A DNA stretch of 64,000 bases from contig CAVYRF010000002.1 in the NCBI GenBank assembly GCA_963770895.1, positions 4,512,001 through 4,576,000 on the forward strand, given 5' to 3'. The translations under genes were made by a program, and so were the position numbers. This document shows positions 33,231 to 42,797 of the stretch, piece by piece; the first letter of the stretch is position 1; each line of letters opens with the position of its first letter. The notes under the pieces are model-generated. The model searched no databases. It was not told where the DNA came from and saw only the letters and a program-made list of their open reading frames with translations. This DNA comes from an uncultured Acidobacteriota bacterium (GTDB lineage: Bacteria; Acidobacteriota; Thermoanaerobaculia; Multivoradales; UBA5704).

Positions 33231-33968
33231 ATGGAGACCGGCGACGTCGAGCGCCGCCTGCTCGAGGCGGGCACCGAAGAGCTGCTGGCGCTGGTGCGCG
33301 AGCTGGGGGCCGCGCTGTCGCCAGCCGCCGCCCGCCAGGCGCTGCGCAACCCCTACGTGAGCGCCGAGGTGATCGCGGAGGTGGCGGCGCAGCCGCGCCT
33401 GGTGTCGTACTACGAGGTCCGCCGCGACCTGGCGCGGTGCCGCGTCACGCCCGAGCCGCTGGCGCTGCAGCTGGTCGCCGGCCTCTATTGGGCCGACCTG
33501 CTGGCGATCGGCCTGGACGCGCGCCTGCATCCCCGCCTGCGGCGTGCCGCCGACCAGTTCCTGCTGGCGCGCCTGCCGGGGATGTCGGTGGGGGAGAGGG
33601 TGGCGCTGGCCCGCCGCGCCAACCCGGCGGTCCTGGCGGTGCTGCGCCACGACCCGACGCCGCGGGTGATCGCCGCGCTGCTCGACAACCCACGCCTTAC
33701 CGAAGGGACGCTGGCGCCGGTGGTGGCCGCCGAACGCACCCCGGCGCCGGTCCTGGAGCTGATCGCCGCCGATCGCCGCTGGGGGGTGCGCTATCCGGTG
33801 CGCCTGGCGCTGGCCCGCAACCCCGCGACGCCGCCCGCGACCGCGCTGCGCCAGCTGGCGGCGCTGCGCAAGCCGGACCTGCGCGCCGTGGCGAGCGACC
33901 CGCGCCTGGCCGAACCGCTGCGCCGCCGCGCCCGCCTGCTGCTGGGAGACCTGGCCGGTGACGGATGA
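33231..33968 (+). CDS. hypothetical helical-repeat (LRV/HEAT-like) protein
   Basis: two copies of Y.VR..LA....TP...AL..(L/V)..L...DL motif. Confidence 0.75.
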   Translation: METGDVERRLLEAGTEELLALVRELGAALSPAAARQALRNPYVSAEVIAEVAAQPRLVSYYEVRRDLARCRVTPEPLALQLVAGLYWADLLAIGLDARLHPRLRRAADQFLLARLPGMSVGERVALARRANPAVLAVLRHDPTPRVIAALLDNPRLTEGTLAPVVAAERTPAPVLELIAADRRWGVRYPVRLALARNPATPPATALRQLAALRKPDLRAVASDPRLAEPLRRRARLLLGDLAGDG

Positions 33969-33989
33969 GGCCGCCTCGCCGGTGAGCAC

Positions 33990-34005
33990 CGGCACGAAAT
34001 CTGCA
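33990..34005 (+). promoter_or_regulatory. sigma54 -24/-12 promoter
   Basis: CGGCACGAAATCTGCA (GG-N10-GC) upstream of the beta-helix gene. Confidence 0.55.
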
Positions 34006-34089
34006 ATTTGAGCGGGCGACGGCGCAGGCGATGGCGCATGCGTGGTGCATGCGCCGGTGCACAGTGCATACAACATGGACGGCCTGACG

Positions 34090-36990
34090 ATGGCACACCG
34101 CACCCGGCACACCGCACCTCTCCCCGGCAAGGCACTCCTGGCCATCCTGCCGGTGCTCCTGGCGATCCTGATCGCCCCTGCCAGCGCCGGCGCCGCCAGC
34201 TCCAACCAGCTGATCCAGGTGCCGCAGCAGGTCGCCACCCTGCCGCTGGCGATCTCGCGGGTTGCTGACGGCGGCACGATCGAGCTGGCCTCCGGCACCT
34301 ACGACGCGCCGGCGGGCGGTTTCCGCATCGGCAACGCCAACAAGGGCTTCACCGTCCGCGCCGCGCTGGGCGCCACGGTGGTGCTCGGCGGCCAGGGCGC
34401 CCACCCGATCCTGGTCTTTCACAATACTTCGCTGGCCCACGGCGGCCTGGTGATCTTTCAGGGTCTGACCTTCCGCAACGGCGCCGGCGGCTCGTCCACC
34501 ACCTCGCCGGGGGTGACGATCGACACCGCCGCGGCGCGCTTCGTGGGCTGCAACTTCGACGGCAACGGCGGCGGCACGGGAGCCGCCGGCGGCGGTGCGG
34601 TGCTGGTGCGCGGCGGCTCGACCGCCACCTTCATCGGCTGCAACTTCACTGACAACAGCTGCGCCATCCAGGGCGGCGCGATGATGGTCCAAGCCTCCTC
34701 GGTGCAGGTCCTGGGCGGCAGCTTCGTCGCCAACCATGTCAACCTCGCCGACGGCATCCCGTCGTCGCACGGTGGCGCCGTCAGCGTCCTCGACGGCACG
34801 TTCCTGGTGTCGGATGCGCTCTTCCAGGGCAATCAGGCCGGCTGGGTGGGGGGCGCCATCTACGCCTTCGGCGACTTTACCGCCACGCCGGCGACGCCCA
34901 GCTCCTACCTGTCGGTGACGCGCTCGACCTTCCAGTCCAACGCCATCGCGCCGCAGCCCTGCTGTGCACCCCCCGGACCCGCCACCGGCGGCGCCATCCA
35001 CGTCGAAGACCAGACCACCCTGGACGTGCAGGGTTCGTGGTTCACCGGCAACCAGGCGCAGGACGGCGGCGCCCTCAGCTCCTACCGTGCGCAGATCGAC
35101 GTCACCGGGTCGGTCTTTCAGGGCAACGGCGGCAGCCTGACCGAAGGCGACCTGGCGGTCGGCGGCGCCATCTGCGCGCTGTCCAACGACGCCGTTGACG
35201 CCTCGACCGCCAACGGCCAGAACCCGCCGCCGGCGGCGGTGAGCGTCGCCGGATCGCTCCTCCAGGGCGGCACCGGCGGCGCGGTGGGCAACGCCGGCGG
35301 GTGCCTGTTCGCCGCCGGCGACGCCCCCCACCTCTACGGGCAGGACGGGCTCACCCCTGACGGCACCGTCGCGAGCAACAGCGCGCCGGTCGCGATCAGC
35401 GGCTCGGTGTTCGCCGACTGCGCCGTGCTGCTCGACGCCGCCACGGCCGGCGGCGGCCAGGGCGGCGCCGTCAACGCCTCGCTGGTGGCGCTGACCATGG
35501 CGAATTCCATGGTGCTGGGCTCGACCGCCGCCGGCGACGGCGCCGGCGGCGGGGTGTTTCTGTCAGGCGAATCCAACGCGCAGATCTCGCAGACGATCTT
35601 TGCCGGCGACAGCGCCGACACCGCCGGCGGGGCGCTGTACGCCACCGGCTCCAACCTGAACGTCAGCGGTTCCGACTTCATCGCCAACCAGGTGGGCGGC
35701 TCCTCCCGCGGCTCGGCGCTGTACACGCAGCCGCTGGGTGCGACCCAGCCGCACGTCGGCAACGGCGACGCGAGCGGCCTGGTGAGCCAGTCGATCTTCA
35801 GCCAGAACGGCGGCCTGGCGGTGTGGGACGCCGATGCCGGCGGCGCCACCTTCATCAACACGATGCAGTATGGCTCCGACAGCTTCTTTGCCGGCTCCTT
35901 CGGCGGCAACGTCTACGACGATACCTATGCCGACCCGAGCCACGCCGGATTCAGCGTCGCCGGCCTGGATTCGCTGGTGGTGCGGCGCCCCTCGGGCGTC
36001 GCCACGGTCAAGGCCGCGGCGGCCAACCTGGCGCTGGGCGCGGCGCCGGCCGTGGGGTCGCTGGTGGCGTTCGCGCCCGCCGGGTCGCCCACGGCGCGGT
36101 CGGCGCCGCTGCTCGCCTACGCCTGGTCGGGGAGCACCGCGACGCTGGGCGGCGCGCCTCTTGCCGCGCACCAGGGGCTGATCGACAACCCCGCCCCCGG
36201 CGCCTACTCGCTGATCGCCAACGGCGCGCTCCTGGGTGCGGCCAGCGTCGCCGCCGCCCAGTGCACCACGGACCCGGTACTGTGCCTGGCGGGCGACCGA
36301 TTCCGCGTCCAGGTGGCGTGGCAGCTGCCGACGGGGCAGCGCGGCGACGGCCACCCGGCGGCGCTGTCGGACGACACCGGCACGTTCTGGTTTTTCGACG
36401 CCTCGCAGGTCGACCTGGTGGTCAAGATCCTGGACGGCCGCGCGGTGAACGGCTGCTTCTGGGTGTTCTACGGCGCGCTGTCCAACGTGCAATACACGAT
36501 CACGGTGACCGATACCGTCACCGGCGCCGTCCAGGCCTACGTCAACCCCGCCGGCACCATGGCCAGCGTCGCCGATACCACGGCGTTCCTGGGCACCGGC
36601 AACGCTCCCGCCGCGCCGCCGGTCGTGGCGCCCACCCCGCCGGCCACCGGCTCGTGCGCGCGGCGCGCCGGCGACCTGTGCCTGGCGGACCGGTTCCGCC
36701 TGCACGTCGCCTGGAAGACGTCCACCGCCAGCGGCACCGCCACCGGCACGGCGCTCGCCGCGGACAGCGGCACCTTCTGGTTCTTCAGCAGCGGCGACGT
36801 CGAGCTGGCGGTGAAGATCGTCGACGGGCGTGCCGTCAACGGCCACTTCTGGGTCTTTTATGGAGCGCTGTCGAACGTCCAATACACCCTGACCGTCACC
36901 GATACCCAGACCGGCAGGAGCAAGACCTACGTCAATCCGCAGGGCGCCATGGCGAGCGTCGGCGACACCTCGGCGCTGCCCGGAAGTTGA
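34090..36990 (+). CDS. secreted right-handed beta-helix (pectin-lyase-like) protein with two C-terminal 'FWFF/KILDG' domains
   Basis: signal peptide; repeated FxxN..GGA(I/V) motifs; two copies of CL..RF...V.W..GTFWFF..KI.DGRAVNG.FWVFYGALSNVQYT. Confidence 0.85.
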   Translation: MAHRTRHTAPLPGKALLAILPVLLAILIAPASAGAASSNQLIQVPQQVATLPLAISRVADGGTIELASGTYDAPAGGFRIGNANKGFTVRAALGATVVLGGQGAHPILVFHNTSLAHGGLVIFQGLTFRNGAGGSSTTSPGVTIDTAAARFVGCNFDGNGGGTGAAGGGAVLVRGGSTATFIGCNFTDNSCAIQGGAMMVQASSVQVLGGSFVANHVNLADGIPSSHGGAVSVLDGTFLVSDALFQGNQAGWVGGAIYAFGDFTATPATPSSYLSVTRSTFQSNAIAPQPCCAPPGPATGGAIHVEDQTTLDVQGSWFTGNQAQDGGALSSYRAQIDVTGSVFQGNGGSLTEGDLAVGGAICALSNDAVDASTANGQNPPPAAVSVAGSLLQGGTGGAVGNAGGCLFAAGDAPHLYGQDGLTPDGTVASNSAPVAISGSVFADCAVLLDAATAGGGQGGAVNASLVALTMANSMVLGSTAAGDGAGGGVFLSGESNAQISQTIFAGDSADTAGGALYATGSNLNVSGSDFIANQVGGSSRGSALYTQPLGATQPHVGNGDASGLVSQSIFSQNGGLAVWDADAGGATFINTMQYGSDSFFAGSFGGNVYDDTYADPSHAGFSVAGLDSLVVRRPSGVATVKAAAANLALGAAPAVGSLVAFAPAGSPTARSAPLLAYAWSGSTATLGGAPLAAHQGLIDNPAPGAYSLIANGALLGAASVAAAQCTTDPVLCLAGDRFRVQVAWQLPTGQRGDGHPAALSDDTGTFWFFDASQVDLVVKILDGRAVNGCFWVFYGALSNVQYTITVTDTVTGAVQAYVNPAGTMASVADTTAFLGTGNAPAAPPVVAPTPPATGSCARRAGDLCLADRFRLHVAWKTSTASGTATGTALAADSGTFWFFSSGDVELAVKIVDGRAVNGHFWVFYGALSNVQYTLTVTDTQTGRSKTYVNPQGAMASVGDTSALPGS

Positions 36991-37007
36991 CCGGACGGGC
37001 GGGAAAT

Positions 37008-37036
37008 TTGACCCGGGCGATAGCCCCGCGTACAGT
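37008..37036 (+). promoter_or_regulatory. sigma70-type promoter for rodZ-like operon
   Basis: TTGACC-N17-TACAGT. Confidence 0.55.
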
Positions 37037-37059
37037 TACAACCGTTTTGTGCGAGAGCC

Positions 37060-38343
37060 GTGCCTAGACGACAGAGATTTCCACCGCACCAGACCCACCT
37101 CGAGGGAGTGCCCAATTTGGAGGCGCGCCCGCCCGCGGTAGGTGTCTCCGGTGACGATGGCGAAGAGCTGTCGCCGCCGTCCGACGCCGCCGGGCCGCTG
37201 GGGGTCGCCGGTGCGCCGGGCTCGCCCCACCCGACACCCGCCGCCACATCCGCTTCCTCCTCCCACCCCGGCTCACTCCCACCGACCCAGCTGCCGTTGG
37301 CCCCCGTAGCGCCGGTCGCCTCGCTGCCGTCACTGCCGCCTCCGGCGGCCGCGACGTCGATGGCAGCGGGGGCGCCGACGCCGATCGGGCCGGCGATGCC
37401 GGGCGCCGGGCCGCGGCGCACCCTGCTGCGGCCGCCGCCTTGGGACAAGAGCGCCGACGTGGACGCCGGCGCCTCCTTCGGGGGCTGGCTGCGGCGGCAG
37501 CGCGAAGCGCGCCAGATCGGCCTGCGCGAGATCGCGGAGCGCACCAAGATCAGCCTGCGCTACCTCGAAGCCATGGAAGAGGACCGCTTCGAAGTGCTGC
37601 CGGCGCCGGTCTTCGCCAAGGGTTTCCTGCGCGAATACGCCCGCTACGTCGGGCTGTCGCCGGACGAGGTGGTCAACCACTGGCTGTCGTCGGTGCAGGC
37701 CGCCCAGGGCAGCGACGACGCGGCGGCCGGCCACCATGCCGGCGCGGCCCATCCGGCGCACGCCGCCAAGACCGGCAAGCTGAAGAGCCGCGCGGCGCGC
37801 GCCGCCGCGGCGACCCCGCGCCCGGCGCCGGCCGGCCACGGCCTGTCCGTCAGCCCGGCCGCGCGGTCGTTCCCGCGCTGGCTGGGCCTGCTGCTGGGCG
37901 TCGTCGTGCTGCTGGGACTGGTGGCGGTCCTCGCCTACCTGTCGGAGGGCTGGCGCCAGCGCCGCACCCTCCGCGGCGAAGACCGGCCGGCCATCGTGGC
38001 GCCGGTCGCGCAGGTCGTGCCGCCGCCGCCCGCCGCGGCGGCGCCGCCCAGCGTGCCGCTTGAAGTGGTGGTCGATTTCAACCAGGAGTGCTGGGTCGAA
38101 GCGGTGGTGGACGGCGGCAGCCGGCGCGCCGAAATGCGCGAACAGGGCGAATCGATGCAGCTGGAAGCCAAGCAGAGCGTGGTCTTCGCCAAGCTGGGCA
38201 ATGCCGCGGCGGTGGAAATCCAGGTCAACGGCTACCCCTACCCGCTGGACAAGAAGCGGGGCGAAGTGCTGCACGACCTGAAGATCGACCTGGACACGGT
38301 GCGGGCGTTAAAGGCGAAGAAAGAGCAGCCCGAGGGGCATTGA
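37060..38343 (+). CDS. rodZ: RodZ-like protein (HTH_25 + TM + DUF4115-like); start uncertain
   Basis: FGGWLRRQREAR..IAERTKISLRYLEAMEE..LPAPVFAKGFLREYARYVGL; TM; CWVEAVVDG..LGNAAAVEIQVNG. Confidence 0.82.
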   Translation: MPRRQRFPPHQTHLEGVPNLEARPPAVGVSGDDGEELSPPSDAAGPLGVAGAPGSPHPTPAATSASSSHPGSLPPTQLPLAPVAPVASLPSLPPPAAATSMAAGAPTPIGPAMPGAGPRRTLLRPPPWDKSADVDAGASFGGWLRRQREARQIGLREIAERTKISLRYLEAMEEDRFEVLPAPVFAKGFLREYARYVGLSPDEVVNHWLSSVQAAQGSDDAAAGHHAGAAHPAHAAKTGKLKSRAARAAAATPRPAPAGHGLSVSPAARSFPRWLGLLLGVVVLLGLVAVLAYLSEGWRQRRTLRGEDRPAIVAPVAQVVPPPPAAAAPPSVPLEVVVDFNQECWVEAVVDGGSRRAEMREQGESMQLEAKQSVVFAKLGNAAAVEIQVNGYPYPLDKKRGEVLHDLKIDLDTVRALKAKKEQPEGH

Positions 38344-38347
38344 GGGC

Positions 38348-39364
38348 GTGGCCGTCCCGAATCCCCTGGTGCAGGAGATCCTCTCCGGCCGTAACCGGCA
38401 GCTGCTCGAGCTGGCCGCCGAAGGGCTGGTGCCGCTGCCGCCCGACCAGCTGCTGCCGGTGCAGGTCACCCTGGCGGGCAGCGCCGATGCCGACATCAGC
38501 GGCCGCGCCGCCTCAAGCCTGCGCACGACCGAGCCCAAGGTGGTGGCGCTCTACCTGTCCGGCGTCGCCGGCCCGGTCGAGCTGGCATACTTCGCCGCCC
38601 AGGCGACGCACGCGCTGATCGTCGAGACCCTGGTGCGGCGGCGCGACGTGCCGCGCCAGCTGCTGGCGGACCTGGCCCGCCGGCTGCCCGGCGACCTGCA
38701 GGAGATCCTGCTGCTGCGCCAGGACGCCATCGTCGAGGAGCCGGCGATCCTCGACGCCCTGAGCGAAAACCCCCAGCTCACCCAGTATTCGCAGCGCCGC
38801 ATCCTCGAATACCGCCAGCACCTCCTGCCGCAAAAGGCGCCCGCCGTGCGGGCGGCGATCGAGGAGGCGGCCGAGCGCATCACCCCCGAAGAGCTGTCGG
38901 CGGCGATCGACGCGGTGCGCGCGGTGCCGACCGCCGGCGAGGTGGAAGACAACACCGGCTTGAGCGAGGGGCAGATCCGCATGCTGACCGTGCCGCAGCG
39001 CCTCAAACTGACGCGCGGCGCATCGCGTACCATGAAACAGATCCTGCTGCGCGACCCCAACGCCCAGGTGGCGGTCGGGGTGCTGCAGCACAACAGTTTT
39101 TCCGAGCAGGAGATGGAACAGGTGGCGCGCAGCCGGTCGGTGGTCGAGGAGGTGCTGCTGGAGGTGGCGCGCAAACGCGAATGGATTTCGCGCTACACCG
39201 TCTGCCGGGCGCTGGTGATGAACCCCAAGACGCCGGTGTCGATCGCGGTGAAAATGCTGCCCAAGATGTCGGTGCGAGAGCTGAAGCTGGTGGCGCGGGA
39301 CCGCAATATCGCGGACGCGGTGCGCTCAAGCGCCACGCGATTGTATACAATCAAACAAAAGTAG
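38348..39364 (+). CDS. hypothetical helical-repeat protein related to 33231-33968
   Basis: C-terminal W..RYTVCRALVMNPKTP..L..RELK..ARDRN. Confidence 0.8.
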   Translation: MAVPNPLVQEILSGRNRQLLELAAEGLVPLPPDQLLPVQVTLAGSADADISGRAASSLRTTEPKVVALYLSGVAGPVELAYFAAQATHALIVETLVRRRDVPRQLLADLARRLPGDLQEILLLRQDAIVEEPAILDALSENPQLTQYSQRRILEYRQHLLPQKAPAVRAAIEEAAERITPEELSAAIDAVRAVPTAGEVEDNTGLSEGQIRMLTVPQRLKLTRGASRTMKQILLRDPNAQVAVGVLQHNSFSEQEMEQVARSRSVVEEVLLEVARKREWISRYTVCRALVMNPKTPVSIAVKMLPKMSVRELKLVARDRNIADAVRSSATRLYTIKQK

Positions 39365-39410
39365 GGCCATTTCACCAGGGAGCCGTTTGGGACCTCGACA
39401 GGACGCGCCC

Positions 39411-40043
39411 ATGGCCAGAGATTTCTATGCCATTCTCGCGGTGGCGAAGACCGCCAGCGAAGATCAGATCCGCCAGCGCTTCCGGCAGCTGGCGAGGGAG
39501 CGCCATCCCGATCGCTACTCCGGGGACGAAAAGCAGGCGGCCGAGGTTGCCTTTCAGGAGATTACGCAAGCTTTCAACGTGCTCACCGACCCCGATCGCC
39601 GCCGCCAGCACGACATGGACATGGCGCGCCGGCAGGAGGTGCCGTCCGACCCCAAGCAGGTCGCCCGCGTCTACCTGCAGCGCGGCGTCAAGGCATACAA
39701 CGAGCGCAACCTGATCGATGCCGCCGACAACTTCGACCGCGCCACCCGCGCCGACCCCGGCAGCGCCCTTGCCTGGTACGACCTCGCCCAGGCCCGCAGC
39801 CAGCTGCCCAACGGCCTGGGGCAGGCGGCGATGGCGATCGAGCGGGCCTGCGAGCTGGAGCCCATGAACGCCGGATACTGGAAACAGGCAGGACGCATCC
39901 TGGCGCTGGCCGGGCGCTCCGAGCGCGCCGTGGCGGCCTATCGGAAAGCGATGGAATGGGGCGAAGACGATCCGGCGGTGCCGCGCGCCATCGAAGACCT
40001 GTCGCGCGCGCCGCGCCGCTCGCTGTTCGGGAAGAGCAATTGA
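39411..40043 (+). CDS. J-domain + TPR protein
   Basis: DFYAILAV..FRQLARERHPDR (HPD motif), followed by TPR-like helices. Confidence 0.9.
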   Translation: MARDFYAILAVAKTASEDQIRQRFRQLARERHPDRYSGDEKQAAEVAFQEITQAFNVLTDPDRRRQHDMDMARRQEVPSDPKQVARVYLQRGVKAYNERNLIDAADNFDRATRADPGSALAWYDLAQARSQLPNGLGQAAMAIERACELEPMNAGYWKQAGRILALAGRSERAVAAYRKAMEWGEDDPAVPRAIEDLSRAPRRSLFGKSN

Positions 40044-40915
40044 TGCTGCGGGTCAAGGCCTGCGGGCTCTCCGACGTCGGGTTGACGCGGGTCCACAACG
40101 AAGACTACTTCGAGATCGACGCGCGCCACCGGCTGTATGTGGTCGCCGACGGCATGGGCGGCCACAGCTTCGGCGAGGTGGCGGCGCAGATCGCGGTCAA
40201 GGCGATCCACGACTTCGTCGAGAGCTCGAGCGGCCGCGATCTTCCCGCCGGCCGGAGCGATGGGGAGCGCGGCACGCAGCCGGTGCCCCAGGGCGGCGCG
40301 GCGGCCAGAGCGCCCCAGCCGAGCCGCGACGACGAAGAGCTGGCGCGCCATTCGCGGCTGCTCAAGATGGCGGTCTGCAAGGCGCACGACAACGTGCTGA
40401 CGGCGATCCGCAAGGACGGTTCGCTGCACGGCATGGGCACGACCGTGGTCGGCCTGCTGCTGTCAGGTCCCACCGCGGCGGTCGCCCACGTCGGCGACAG
40501 CCGTGCCTATCGGCTGCGCAACGGCCGCCTGGACCAGCTCACCCAGGATCACACCTGGGTGCACGAGCAGGTGGTGGCGGGCCTGCTGTCGCGCGAGCAG
40601 GCGCGCTCCCACCCGCTCAAGAACGTGGTCACCCGCGCCCTGGGCGGCGAAAGCGAAGTGGTGGTCGACGTGCGCGAAGTGCAGGTGCAGCCCGGCGATC
40701 TCTACCTGCTGTGCTCGGACGGCCTCACCGGCATGCTCTCCGACAGCGAGATTCGCGAACGGCTGGGCTCCGGGCGCGGCTTGCACGAGATCTGCCGCTC
40801 GCTGGTCAACGAAGCCAACGCCCGCGGCGGCCTGGACAACGTCACGGTGGTCCTGCTGGCGGTCGAAGACGCCGCCGACGCCGACGACGGCGAAGACGAC
40901 CTGATGCTGCGCTGA
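40043..40915 (+). CDS. PP2C-family Ser/Thr phosphatase (Stp1/PrpC-like)
   Basis: NEDY, VADGMGGH, GMGTT, HVGDSRAY, TRALG, LCSDGLTG, GGLDNVT; TGATG coupling. Confidence 0.95.
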   Translation: MLRVKACGLSDVGLTRVHNEDYFEIDARHRLYVVADGMGGHSFGEVAAQIAVKAIHDFVESSSGRDLPAGRSDGERGTQPVPQGGAAARAPQPSRDDEELARHSRLLKMAVCKAHDNVLTAIRKDGSLHGMGTTVVGLLLSGPTAAVAHVGDSRAYRLRNGRLDQLTQDHTWVHEQVVAGLLSREQARSHPLKNVVTRALGGESEVVVDVREVQVQPGDLYLLCSDGLTGMLSDSEIRERLGSGRGLHEICRSLVNEANARGGLDNVTVVLLAVEDAADADDGEDDLMLR

Positions 40916-40945
40916 CGCCCCCTCCCGTCCCATAGAATGGCGACC

Positions 40946-42079
40946 ATGCGCGACGACGCCCCACGCATCGCGGTCGTGGGGGGCGGCCCCGCCGGTGGCT
41001 CGGCCGCCCTGGCGCTCGCCCGCGGCGGCGCCTCGGTGGTGCTCTACCTTCCCGAGCGGCCGGGCGAAAAGCCCTGCGGCGGCGCGGTGCCCGAGCACCT
41101 GCTGCCGGCGATCGAGGGTTTCGACTCCGCGACGCTGGATGCCATCGTGTCGCCGGCGGTGCACCTGGAAGACGGCGCCGGCAGCGGCCTGGACAGCACC
41201 CTCGAAGGCATCCGCATCTTCCGCCGGCGCGATTTCGACCAGACCGTGGTCGCCGCGGCGCAGGCCGCCGGCGCGCGCATCGAGCCGCGGCGCGTCCAGG
41301 CGATCGAGCCGCTGGGCGGCCCGCGCGACGCCGCGGGCGTGCGCGTCGAAGCCGACGGCTGTCCCCCCCGCACCTTCGACTGGGTGGTCGGCGCCGACGG
41401 CGCGCGCGGGCTGTCGCGCCGTGTGGCCGGCCTGGCGCCGCAGGGCGAAAGCGTCGGCCTGGGGGCCACCCTGCGCGGCCTGAGCGCGGCGCGCCTGGTG
41501 CTCAGCTTTCCCTACCTGGGCGACTCCTATTCGTGGATCTTCCCGCGCCCCGGCGGCGCCTCGGTGGGGATCGCCTACTCGCCGCTCGACGTCGGCGAAG
41601 CGGCGGCGCGCGCCGTCCTGGACGCCCTGCTCGACCGCTACCTGCCGGCCGACTGGCGCCGCCTGCCGGGCTCGCGCTATCGCTATCCGATCCCGGTCTA
41701 CGGCCCCTGGACCGTGCCCGGATTGCGCCGCGCCGCGCGGCGCCGCCTGCTGCTGGTGGGCGACGCGGCCGCACTGGCCGACCCGCTCACCCGCGAAGGC
41801 ATCCGCTACGGGATGCTGTCGGGTTTGTGGGCCGCGGAGTGCCTGCTGGCCGGCGCTCCCGAAAGCTACCCCGACCGCCTGGCCGCCGAGCTGGGCGAAG
41901 AGATGGAACGTGCCGACCGCGCCCGCAGCCTGTTCTTCGCCGGCCCGGTCGGCCGCTGGATGCTGCCCGCCGCCCGCCTGCACCGCGGCGTCCGCCGCGT
42001 CCTGTCCGACCTGCTGGCCTGCCGCCAGTCCTACCGCACCCTGGAAAGCCGGCTGCTGCGCGAAGCCCTCCGCCCCTGA
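40946..42079 (+). CDS. geranylgeranyl reductase-like FAD-dependent oxidoreductase
   Basis: VVGGGPAG, EKPCGG, VGADG, YSWIFP, LVGDAA..DPLTREGI. Confidence 0.88.
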   Translation: MRDDAPRIAVVGGGPAGGSAALALARGGASVVLYLPERPGEKPCGGAVPEHLLPAIEGFDSATLDAIVSPAVHLEDGAGSGLDSTLEGIRIFRRRDFDQTVVAAAQAAGARIEPRRVQAIEPLGGPRDAAGVRVEADGCPPRTFDWVVGADGARGLSRRVAGLAPQGESVGLGATLRGLSAARLVLSFPYLGDSYSWIFPRPGGASVGIAYSPLDVGEAAARAVLDALLDRYLPADWRRLPGSRYRYPIPVYGPWTVPGLRRAARRRLLLVGDAAALADPLTREGIRYGMLSGLWAAECLLAGAPESYPDRLAAELGEEMERADRARSLFFAGPVGRWMLPAARLHRGVRRVLSDLLACRQSYRTLESRLLREALRP

Positions 42080-42181
42080 TCCGGGCGGTCTGGATGGGTG
42101 GTTGCGGGGGGCGCTGCGGGCGACGCGGCGGCGCGCCGCCTTGGCAGACGGCGCGCCGTTGGAGAGGGCCGCGGATGGGGA

Positions 42182-42625
42182 TCAGGCGGTGGTGATGAGG
42201 CGGTCGAGCACGGCCAGGTGTTGCTGCTGCCTGGTGGTGAAACCGCGCAGGAGCTGCTTGACGTCGGCGGGGACATCCTTGTCGTCGAGCGCGCTCTGAT
42301 ACTGCTTGACGCCGTGCTCCTCGCCTTCCTTGAGGGCCTTCAGGGCGGCGGCGTTGCCGAACACCTTCGCCGTGCCCTCCACGGCCTTGGCGAAGCCGCC
42401 CCAGGCGCCGGAATCCTGCGCCGGCTTGTCACCCTTGCGGCCGACGTGGTTCTTGAGGGCTTCGACGGCTTCGCGGTGATCGCGCTCGATGGCCCTGATC
42501 TGCTCGACGCCGGCGTGCTGGCCGACCTTTTCCAGCGCTTGACGGTAGGTTTCGACGGCGGAGATCTCACCCCGCAACAGGCTGTTCAGGGTGTCGGTTC
42601 CGCTGGCTGTGGTCGTCGTCTGCAT
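42182..42625 (-). CDS. DUF2383/PA2169-family ferritin-like four-helix bundle protein
   Basis: LNSLLRGEISAVETYRQA..H..SGAWG..LKEGEEHG..Y. Confidence 0.85.
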   Translation of the reverse strand: MQTTTTASGTDTLNSLLRGEISAVETYRQALEKVGQHAGVEQIRAIERDHREAVEALKNHVGRKGDKPAQDSGAWGGFAKAVEGTAKVFGNAAALKALKEGEEHGVKQYQSALDDKDVPADVKQLLRGFTTRQQQHLAVLDRLITTA

Positions 42626-42706
42626 GGCTGCCTCCTGGCAAGTGGTCTCTCGGATGTAGGGTGCCGCCGGCGAAAGCCCGGCGGCGCTGCAGCTCCCAGA
42701 GCCATG

Positions 42707-42722
42707 TGCAAGCGACGTGCCG
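42707..42722 (-). promoter_or_regulatory. sigma54 -24/-12 promoter
   Basis: CGGCACGTCGCTTGCA upstream of the DUF2383 gene. Confidence 0.7.
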
Positions 42723-42797
42723 TTGGGCAGCGGCAGCCCCTGGAGGGTGCCGCTGCCTGCGCGAACCTGGCCGCGCGGTGAGGAGGGCTAGTGGCCA

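Noticed and set aside
37050-37065. sigma54-like AGGCACGGCTCTCGCA on minus strand
   Set aside because: Points antisense into the end of the beta-helix gene with no downstream gene; weak -12 match, likely chance
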